Part shown: positions 24,392 to 36,300 of the stretch, in pieces
How positions within the stretch are numbered: the stretch's first letter is position 1
Layout: every line of letters begins with the position of its first letter
From: Antedon mediterranea
Taxonomy: Eukaryota; Animalia; Echinodermata
Direction of reading: 5' to 3'
DNA: 64,000 bases
Assembly (NCBI RefSeq): GCF_964355755.1
Contig: NC_092672.1
Location: 13,888,001 to 13,952,000, forward strand
Position numbers and translations under genes: made by a program
The notes under the pieces: generated by a model
What the model was told of the DNA's origin: nothing
Databases searched by the model: none
The model's input: only the letters and a program-made list of their open reading frames with translations

Positions 24392-27300
24392 TACTTTGTT
24401 TTGTTTGTTTCCATTTATTTTAACTTCTGAATTGTTGGCATACTTCACGCCTCCAACTATGACATCGATAGAACTATCATCTATAAATGATATTTCACTC
24501 TGGTTATCAAAAATGAAACACCGTCGAGCATTACGAGTGTTACCAGCACTATCATTAACACTCAATACTACACAGTATACACCTATGTTAATGAAAAGCA
24601 AATACAAACATAATTATATAACGTTATACTGTATGTCTGTCCTCAATATAAAACTGTAGATGACCTTTGTTCTAATGTTATGTTTGTTTCGATTATCTTT
24701 AAAAACGCTATCATAAGAATATGTGTTTGTTTTATTTTGAATCTATTAATAATGTGTATATAGTACAACAATAGATCCAGTGAAACTCAGTTACTCCTTC
24801 CACAGAGATAGTAGAAATGTCCATTGGTGTTCTTAACAGTTATTCAAAATAGAAAAAAACACTGCCGAAGGACCGAACATGATTTTGTGATCATTATGGG
24901 ATGAAGTTTTTAAAGTAATTTCTAAATTTTATCTTAAAGTGCCCTTTAAGAATATTCCATAAAAAAACTATAGTGGAAATGAATATATTTACAAAATAGA
25001 CCAAATTCAGATCACTGTATTTCTTTTGGCATAGTTTTTTTTTGCTTTCTAAATATAACGATTATTAAAACTATTTAATGCACGTTGTTGAAACACAGAA
25101 GTCAAACCAGTCAAATATCTCCATATTCCTGTTCTCGGTGATTCAAAATCAATGTGTTTAATGAAATGAATAATAATTGCATGATATAGGACCAATAATT
25201 AAAAACACACATGTATATACTTGACATCTGATTAGTTAATTTCAGACAATATGGTAATGGTTCTATAACTCGGCAGCTTTTAGTATTTTATGCGAGCTAG
25301 TGGTCTGTTCGAAACAAACCTGTATTATGCACCGTCTATCTGTTCTAATCTGCGGCCAAATCTGAGAGCGTTGCCTTTCTTTTTGAATAGTTTAGTCGCC
25401 GAGGGTTGGCTGCCGTCAAAAATAGAAAATTCTTAATCATTGAACTGATAGACATTTCTTATTCTATACTACAGTAAATTACCTGGCGATGTGGGATTAA
25501 ATATGGCCGTAAATGAATGTTCAGGTTGTGAAAACTTTAAAGTAATACATTCGTCAGAAACATCAAGACTTCTATTGAAAGGAATCATTTTGCAAACTTT
25601 TGCATTATAGATTGAAACTCCGGATATTGCATCAAACCATGCCGACCACGTGATTCTCAACTCACTCTGAAACAAAATAAAGAGAGAGATAGAATAATAA
25701 TGGCTTTACATGACATTTATATTTTTATCAATTATATTTCAACAGACACGTAAACAAAATAAATTAATACCACAGCAATAATTAAAAAGTTCTCTAATTA
25801 ATTAACATGTTCAAATAATAATAGCAATAACGATGAAGGTGTGTAGATACAGCTGACAATGACACACGCTAGGTCATTTAATTGAAAAACTAACCAATAA
25901 TATATGCTACTGCAACAGAAATAGGGTTCTGTCCGATATTAATAATTGCGGTGATAACAATAATAATTAATTAATAAATTTATGAATTCCTTACAGATTT
26001 AGTGTACCTATCACTGATTTCCAGCGCATTTCCAGCGCATGTTGAAGCTCGTGTAGTTGAAACTGAACAGTGAGTTGGTGGATTAAAGTCTACAACTACG
26101 TCCAGGTACCTCACTGAGCTTTTACCTTCGTAATATATTGAGCTGGGAGGGTCATGGATTATATTCAGGAATCCTCCATTGGTGGAGGAGGTTGTAATGA
26201 CTAAGCTGAAAATAACATAGAATACAGAACCAAACAGAATGTATTGATCCAACAGGAAATTCGTTTCGTTAACAAGCTCTCAAACAATTTATTAAAAATA
26301 TATAAAAAGTCATGAATACAAAAATACAAGATCTTATAAAAATACGAATAAACATCAAAATAGACAAAAATATAAAAATACTATATCGTAACATATATAA
26401 TATATAGAAAAATAGATATATATTAGCAGTATTATATACAGTTAAAACAAATTACATATTCAATCTATCTTTTAATAGTTGCGTTATATAAATTAAATGG
26501 CAAGAATTTGGAACAAATAGATAGCAGTGTGTGTGTTTTAACAATGGGTTTATGTATGTTTCATCACTTTATTTATTGTTAATAATTTTATGTGTTAATT
26601 TTAAGTGGTCATTCAATCAAACATTTAATGTCTATACAAAATGTAGTATAGATTTACTAACAATAATGGATAAGATAGAACTATTATAACTAAAATAACT
26701 CATTCTATTAACATTTTTGGTGATGTCATCTGAGATTCATTGCCCGCTCCAATTATCTCATTCATTGATCTAATATCATTTGTGTTTTAAGTAAGTCACG
26801 TGTTTCATGTTTGCGATCAGCCTGAAAAAGGTTTGTATAAAATATAACATACCTGTCACCACTTTGAAGGTTTCCTTCTAAATGTGCATATTCATCACAT
26901 GTATGTAAGTTTTCATTTGGATAACTTCTGCTATAGTTTAAATTACAATCTATATTTCCAGCATCGAGAACATAGTTTTCTATAAGATAAGATACAATAA
27001 TTAATATTTGGAATACAAACTCTATCATCATTTTCTCTTTTAACTTGAATGCACATTTACAACATAACTTATACTGATACTAATACCGTAATAAACTGTA
27101 AATTGGCATTAAGAAGGCTTTCGTACCTCTATTCACAGTCCAGTTTATAGCAGCTGCAATGACGCCTACTTTAAAATCACTGATATAGTATGGATATGGA
27201 TATTCGGATTCTGGAGGACCAGTAAATTTGGTGTGCCAAATTACAGATATCTTGGTGACGTGTAAAGAACTATAATATGCAGGAATGTTTGGCAACGTAT

Positions 27301-30300
27301 TATGGCATGGAATGTGTGCAGTATAATCGTCATCGTTTTCATAAAGTACTACTGAGCACTGAGTCACCGTAGATTCAACAGATACTATAAATAAATAAAT
27401 CAATTAATTGATTGAAAATAATAATATAATTATCACATATATTGTTTGAAGGTTTGCATGGCGAAATCAAATGTTGATATAAAGTTTGCGGTACACCACG
27501 TATATTATTTCTGAAAAGAACTGTTGAGTTTGAGGACGATCAAAGCATATTGATCGAAACGTCGAGAAACTTAACAGTTCTTTTCAGAACTAGTATACCT
27601 GGTGTACCGCAGACTTTATATCAACATAGTTACCACACTTACGATAATACTTTTACATTCGAGCAATCTATTCGATTAGAAAACTATGTGCATCATGAAA
27701 ATCCACCTGATATTGGAGGAACTTACTACGCTAGACACATGACAGTTGAGCTTAAGGGCGTGCTAAGCTTGAATTTTTTCCGTTTTGTTTAGTGTTTGTT
27801 TTGTAATTTAAATGTACTGTATCTCGAATTCTGGAAGCTTATTTGAATAAATTGAATAATTTGTTTTACATACTTGCCATGCAGTTGATGTCCATATTGA
27901 AATCTGGGTGACAATTACAGCTATTGGTAAAAGAGTTACACGTGCCAGGGTAGCAGAAGTTCTGTTCATTTTTCCACATACATGTTTCTAGTGAGTAGTC
28001 TACACGTTAGTATAATACAATTCATTTAATCTATTTTTTGTATTTCTGATGATCTGATCAATAGACATTTCATAATATTTCTGATAATCTTGTAACAGTC
28101 TTTTTTTGTGTGTTTCATTTATTTATTTTCCAATAAAAATGCATCAGGGATAAAAGTTTGCAAATTTGAATGTTGCTTCCTATGAAAATAGTCTGTGTTT
28201 CGGAAACTGTAAACTAATTCATTTCATTTCATTTACCTTTTTATTTCGGAATATCATGGTGATATAATATTATATCCATAGCAAAAGAGAGAAAAAAAAT
28301 CTTAATCTAACAGCTCATAGAACAAAAACAAAGATATCTAAATATATAAAGTCAATGCAACAAAGCATTCCAATGTACTATTTTGTTTGTTTTGTTAATA
28401 ATTAAAATAAAAAAAAAATAAAAAAAATGAATTACTTTACTTGGAAAGGTTTTGCCAGTTTAATTATAATCGTTATTCACTTACCAAAAATAGATCAATC
28501 AATTGTATTACAAAATACTATTGAATTTGTCTGAAATATTTGTTAAAAGCAATAGTTTACTTGTTTTCAATTCAATTCAATTCATCGACATTTTTATTCC
28601 ATAATCAAAATAAAAACATATACAAATACAATACAAATAATAAGATAATGGAATGGGATACAAAATAAGCACAAGTGCTTTAAGCATGTAACCCTAACAA
28701 AAAGATCAAACAATTAGTACAAACAAAAAGAACAAACCAAAATAACATAATGTGATTTACTTAACTTAAATATTTCTATTGTTATAATATTGCTTTAATC
28801 TCTGTTTAAACAAACTTAAAGTGGGGGATTGTTTTATATAGTCTGTTAAATTGTTCCAAATATGTGTTCCTTGGTAGGAAATACATTGCTGTCCGACTTT
28901 GGTGCGTTTTAGTTGTGGACAGTAGTTTGACCTGTTTCTAGTTGAGTAATTATGGAATGAGGCAGATGTACTAAATAAGTTATTAAATGATTCAGGTAAT
29001 AGATTATGTTTATATTGATACATAAATATAGCAGTGTGTTTCGTATAAAGGTCAAAAATATTTAATGTTTGGGTTGAAATAAAAAGTGGATGAGAAGGAT
29101 GCATAAAATGAACATGACAAATATTTCTAAGTGCTTTTTTCTGGAGAATATGTATACGGTTTAAGTTTGTAGCAGAAGTAGCACCCCATACTGTGATAGC
29201 ATACGTTATTCTAGGTAATATAAGTGCATTGTATACCGTTAACAAGATTTTACTTGATAACATAGACTTCACTTTGTTTAAGACACCAATTATTCTAGAA
29301 ATACTGTTTGCTACCTCATTTACATGAAAATTAAACGATAAAGTTTCATCCAGAAATAAGCCTAGAAATTTAACTTCAGTAGCTTTTACTATACATTCAT
29401 TTCCCATCCTCAATTCTAGTGAGGTAGTGTCAGCTGACTTATTTCTAGCCTTAAATATAACATATTTTGATTTGTTTACATTTAGCGTTAATTTGTTAGC
29501 AATAAACCAGTCCGAAAGTATAGATAACTCCTGGTTCATTGTATCAAAAGCTTGAGTAATATCATTGTGACTATAAAACACATTTGTGTCATCTGCATAC
29601 ATAATCATGTCTACATGGTTACATGCTAGACTAATATCATTAATGAATATAAGAAATAATAATGGACCCAATATGGATCCCTGAGGAACTCCAGTGTTTA
29701 CTGTCATTTTACTAGATGCAGTATTAACAATAAATGTGTATTGTAGTCTTTTTTTAAGATAGTTTGAGAACCAGTTTAGCGGAACTCCTCTTATACCATA
29801 AAATCTTAACTTATCTAATAATACATCATGATCGATTGTATCAAACGCTTTTGATAAATCAAGGAAAACTCCTAGTGTGAACTCTTTATTCTCAATAGCG
29901 TTTGTGATTTTTTCAATCGATTGTATTAAAGCATGACTAGTTGAATGGTGTTGTCTAAATCCATACTGTGTTTTACTCAGTACGTTATATTTTGAGAGGT
30001 AACAAATCGTTTGATCATACACAATCCTCTCAAATATTTTGGAAAAAAAAGGTAAAATGGAAATAGGCCGATAATTATTTATATCGGAGATGTCACCATT
30101 CTTAAATACCGGGATAACTTTAGCAATTTTTATATCAGCCGGGACACAGCCCGATGATAATGACGTATTAATAATATGCAATAAAGGTTTTAAAATAAAC
30201 GGGGAAGCAGATTTTATGAGTTGGGCACTTATACCATCATGGCCAGGAGAAGTATTCTTTGTGTTTTTAATATAGTGGTTAAGTTCATGTTCAGTAACAG

Positions 30301-33300
30301 GCTTAAAAAACATTGAAGAGGTAAAATTTCCTTTTAAGAAAGTTCTGTGGGTGATTTCTTCATTTTGAGATTCATGCCTAAATTTATTATTTAGTTTTTC
30401 TCCAATATTAATAAAAAAAGAGTTGAATGCATCAGCTTTCTCATCATTATGAGAGAAAGTCTCAGTACCCAATTTTATTTTTGTAGGCAAATTGGTAGTC
30501 TTTTTCCTACCCATTATATCATTTAGGATTGTCCACGTTTTTTTAATATCTTGTTTATTTCGTTCAAACTGGACCATATAATATTCTTTTTTCCGATTTC
30601 TAATAGTAGTGGTTAACTTGTTTCTAAAATGTATGTACGTACTTTTATTAGTAGTGGTGTTATTTTGTTTGTACTTTTTATATAATTTATGTTTTTGAGA
30701 GATAGCTCTGGCAATTTCAGCTGTGATCCAAGGAGATTTTAACTTGTTCGCCTTATTTCTAATTCGTTTTAAAGGGAAACAATTATCAATTGTTTTATTT
30801 AAAGTGTTTGTAAAATTTTGATAAGCAACATTCGCATTATTTGAGAATAGCACATCATTCCACTGATTACTTTGTAATTCTTGCAAAAAATACTCCGTTT
30901 GTTGAGGAGAGTATTGTCGTTTATATACAAATCGAGGATATTGCTTATTATGTTTTTCCAAAGTATCTACACAGAATATTGGGAAGTGATCAGAAATATC
31001 AGTAATAAGTATTCCACTTTTAAGGGACGTAGTAAAAGAATCGATGTTGCAATAAATGTTATCAATTATTGAAGCACAATTATCGGATATTCTAGTAGGA
31101 CTTTTTATGATTGGCTGAAATGACTGAGAAAATATTGTGTCTAAGTGTGATTGGATAGTGTTGTCGGTAGATTGTTGGAGTAAGTTTATGTTATAGTCTC
31201 CCACAAGGTAAGCTTTCTTTTTTTCTAGATTAATCATTTGCATTACACATGTTAATTCATCATCAAACTTTTGCAAGGAACGTGAGGGTGGTCTATAAAC
31301 TATACCACAAATAACATTATTTCCTGATTCTAACTCAATCTCAATAAAAATAGTCTCTGCTTCAGTCATACAAGATGACAGATCATTTCTAATAATATAT
31401 GTTAGTTTGTTGGTAACATAGAACGCTACCCCACCACCTCTCTTATCTTTCCTATCATTGTGAATCAAACTGTAGCCTGGTAACTGGTATAGATTAATAT
31501 TATCTTTTTCGGTTAACCAGGTTTCACTGAAGGCAATGACGGAGAAGGCATGTACGAGTGAGTCTAAATAGTTTGAGATTAAGTCAAACTTATTAACAAC
31601 ACTACGACAGTTTAGTCCAAATATAGAAAAGTTTGATGATAAATTAGAATGTTCAAGTGAAGAAATTAAGTTATCTTCGTTAAAATATTCTGTGCTCACA
31701 TTTACATTATCAAAAAGGTCACATTCAAACATTTAAATTAGACAGAAAAGGAAATGACAAATGAATAAAATTGAGCAAGCTGCTTACAGTTTTAAAAGAT
31801 CATTGTAATTTTTAAAAATTTGAAAAATATTTCGGATCTCAATAATTAAGATCGTAAAACAATACAAAACAACATCATAAGTTGCGATGAGTTGCGATTT
31901 GCATTTGTAGTAGATATTATTTGATATGTGAACTTACCACCTGTAGCCATGATTATTGCTTGGAATCCCGGTTTAACGACGGAGCTATCGGTTGTAATAC
32001 GTACAACAAGTGTATCACCTGCTGGAATTACGTAATCCGGTGGATTACTATAACCATCATAATATCCAAGCTATATATTATGTAGCCTAGTGTATTTGCT
32101 ATTGTTAATTATAATAATAGATATTAAACATAAAAAACATAGCATACATTTAGGAACAATCAAATATTGTTTTACCAGTATGTATATGTAAACCTCCTGG
32201 TTTAGTAAGTCGGAAATCACTACTTTGCTTTGATTGTATTCCAGTTCTTCTGTCAACTCGATATATGCCATCCGTCCAATCAGACCAGTATAGATAATTC
32301 TCATACATTTCAATACCAAAAGGGTGCTTTCCTTCAATGTCAAGAATTCTTCTTCTGTTGGTACCGTCCAGGTTAGCTTCCTCAATTACATCAGTTCCTG
32401 CATCACACCAATACACCTTTCCATCTAAAAAAATAAATAAATACATCAAATATTAATGAGCATCTTTTTAATTGCTGTTATATTGTATTCCAAGATGGCT
32501 GTTATATTGTATTCCAAGATGGCTGTTATGTTGTATTGCAAGATGGCTGTTATATTGTATTCCAAGATGGCTGTTATATTGTATTCCAAGATGGCTATTA
32601 TTATTGTATTCCAAGATGGTTGTCATATTGTATTCCAAGATGGCTGCCATTAAATCGCATAGTTGCTGTTTTTCATGTATCTAATTATTACCAAATTGAT
32701 TTCTTTGCATATTTGGAATCCTTTGGACTAACAAGGCAATCTATAACCACATAACACATTACCTTATTACTAGTAGGATACTTTGCAATTGAGACAACAC
32801 ATACACCTACTTTCATCTCCCCCAAAAAGTTGTCAAACAGCACTCATCTGCACACTTGGTCCACACCAGGTTAGCCTCGTTATACTCATTCCGTACGATA
32901 ATTACGTATGGGAAACATCAAAATATCAATGCTAATTAAAATATTTCTAAAGACAGTATATTTTTTTTGGTTTGATAAGTCACATGAAGAAAAAACCCAC
33001 AAAAGTGGTACATTTTTCGTTGAAAATTAAAGAACAATCTCTGAATTTTAATTATTTATTTTACACTTACCAAAAATACAAAAGATCCTTTATATTATTT
33101 GAGAACTGAAGATATTTATTCTATGAGTATGTAGTAGTTTAGAACCCAATTTTGCAATTTTAATTATCAACAATTATCACTTGCAATATAATGTTTACAT
33201 ATTTATTGTAATTGTTTTTGCGTTTGTTGTTTATCACTGTTCTTTAATAAATTATTTATACAGGTGGTCAACAAAAAATTAAAAAAAAAACATTCCGTAA

Positions 33301-36300
33301 GGTAAACTGGGTTATTTAAATGAGATTTAGTCCTTATTTAAGAATACCTGTCAGAACTACTACGGTATATGGTTGATTTGATAGTTAATCCGATATCTCC
33401 GCCTGTTTTCCGTACCAAACGGTTGAATATCAGTAACAAATAGGCCTAACTTGATAATAAACATAACCAATTACAGTGACTATAAAGTTACAGTTTGATA
33501 CTTCTCATTTCACACTTTTACAACACTTTACATTAGAGTGGATTGTTAGGGTGCTTTTGATTATATATTAAATTACAGTTTTCCTTTTATACTTGATGAT
33601 ATTTTATGTTACACATGTTTTATGTTCAGTTCAGATTCTGGTGCCACTGCGATATTTTCAATAAATGATGATGAGGGCCCCTCAAAATCAGCTTCCGCTG
33701 GCTGGGTTGAAGTATGGTTGAATAAATAAATAATAAATAAATAAATTATGATATATATTCATTAAATATAACTACATCACAGTTTATGGTTAAAATGTAG
33801 AGTGAGATGCAACAAGTTTATTATAATTGTTAATCTTAAGTAAAGGTAGCACAAGTCAGCCACAAAAGAGAAAAAGAACTTCTAATGAAATGAATGAAGG
33901 ATATAAATAAACTTTAGTATGAGTATATACGTACAGTCATTAACTTACCAGGAACTGCTAAAACTAGTCCGTTTGGAAATAGAAGTCCAGTTGTGACAAG
34001 GGCAGTTCTACTACTCAAGTTATTTAATTTAGCTCGTTCTATCGTCTTTGTTCCCCAATCAGTCCAATATAAATATCTAGAATACATGAGAGTAATAAAT
34101 CCTCATAATTTTACAAGTACCTTGGTATATTGTACGATTTGAAATAAGGATCAATAAAATCGATTTGAAATGATTAATTTTAGCCCACCATTGTGTATTC
34201 TATTCAATTCAATTCAACTTTTATTTCAGGCAATTGTCCATAATGGTATAATACATTACAACAAAAAAGATGAAGGAGAGAAGACCAAAACTTGTATATA
34301 TTGGTATATAATGCCTCTCTCCATTTGTAGTACATGTTTGAATCCATCAACAAATAATTATATATACAAATTAACATTCTGTTTTCGCTTTTCATTATTC
34401 TTGTAAGAAATCAGTAAGTCGAAATCTTCAAATATTCATAAAATGATGGAATATTGTTTTCCATAAACAAATTCCTCGCACTAACAAATCTGGGTTGTCC
34501 CAACAACCTCCGGAAAGCATTATTATAACAAACATTAAGTCGGTTGATATCTTTATACAAATAATGAATGTTTATGAGTGTAATGGTACAAATAATGGCA
34601 TGAGGTGAATGATGAAAGGTTATTATATAACCTTTCATCATTCACCTCATACCATTATTAAGTATTAAAGGTTTGAGCATCATAGAAGAGATACCGGTAC
34701 TGACATTTAGCCTACACATTTTATTCTGGGATGTTATTACCTCCACCGAAATGACGACCAATCGTGTGTGTGTGTGTGTGTGTTTCTTTCTATATTTTAG
34801 CAGGATTTTCATAGACTTATAATAGCTTCATATCTGTATGGAACACGTTATTCAAATTTTGCGCTCTCTAGTTGATCTAGAAATGAATTTTCTACCTTAA
34901 TTTTCTATATGTACGAAATTGTTCTTGTCTGATTTTTATTCCCAGGAAGATTAGCTTACAATTGTTTGTTATTCTTTTTCGATAAAATCAATGTTAAAAA
35001 CATACCCATAAGCTGGGTCTACCTCAATCGCACGTGGCTTTTCTAACGTTGTGTCAAAAAGAATTGTTCTGTTTGTTCCATCCAGGTTTATTACTTCGAT
35101 TCTGTCTTCATTTTCACTTGTCCAATAAAGTTTATTTCCAATGGCATCAATAGCTAAACCGTCCACAACTACACTCAGAGGGCAGAAAAAATCAATTATG
35201 AAATGCACCATTAAGCAAAAAATGAAAATAAAATTATTGTTCGTAGTTTCCGAGATATTAAATTAAGATATATTTCATATTGTGATAAGCCAATATATAG
35301 TGGAACCATGCTTTTAGGGCACCCCTATTCAGGAACAGGAACACTTTTGATTGTGCTAAATTTTTGATTAAATACCTATAAAGGAGACAACATTTTTCCC
35401 ATCACAAAAAGACAAATCAAATAATTATACTCATATATATCATTATTACTACAATCGCAGATATTTAATAATTATTATAATATTAATTATGATAGATTTC
35501 ATTTGTGAAACGTTGGCTGCTCAATTTTCAATTCTCAATTTTCTGAATCCAGATCAATTGTTCATTTTGGTAAACTTTAAGGAAACACTTGAGTGCTACT
35601 ATAATTCGATTCATATAGATTTGTTTCTCAAAATGTATGGTTGAATTTTTTTTTAATTCTACTTCAAGACACACTTACAGTATTTAAACATTCTAAAAAA
35701 ATTAAAATATAAGTTTGTTTGTAGCCAGAGAATATATAATAGAGATTCTAATAAAATTGAATTGAGATAATTGTTACCTCCAGAATGAAAAGACACTAAA
35801 ACGTCACGTTCGTCGGTGACAAGTGAATACCATTCAATGGTAGATTTTGATACATCAGACCAGTATAGTGTAGCGGTGTTAGCATTATAATCAAGAGCGA
35901 CTGGTCTCTGTAGTGGAACATTCTTAATTGCGTCCGTAAATTCTAAAGATGTACCACTGGAATCAATAGGCGAAGAGTAAATTCCTGGAGGATCGAGATT
36001 GGTTACAAACATAACATCACCTAAAAAAAATAAAAATAAATTGGTTAAATATTACCTGCAAAGCAGGCTGTGCCATACTATAACTGTGTTCATTTAAGTT
36101 ATTAATTTAAATTAATGTATATCATTTTACGTGTCTTAATGTTCAATTTTGTTGATTTGTAAACAGGATAAAAAAAAGAAATAATATTTAATTATTTATA
36201 TTGTCTAAGGATATAAATATAGAAAATATAAATATGATAATAAATGTCTATTAATGGATACATTTTAAATGTTTGTACTATACACATTCTTATTTATTAT

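Noticed and set aside
28484-28530. Possible extra minus-strand receptor exon (AG...GTAAG)
   Set aside because: It has stop codons in all three frames.
32456-32754. Repetitive-peptide ORFs (SKMAVILY etc.)
   Set aside because: They are translations of a 24-bp intronic minisatellite.
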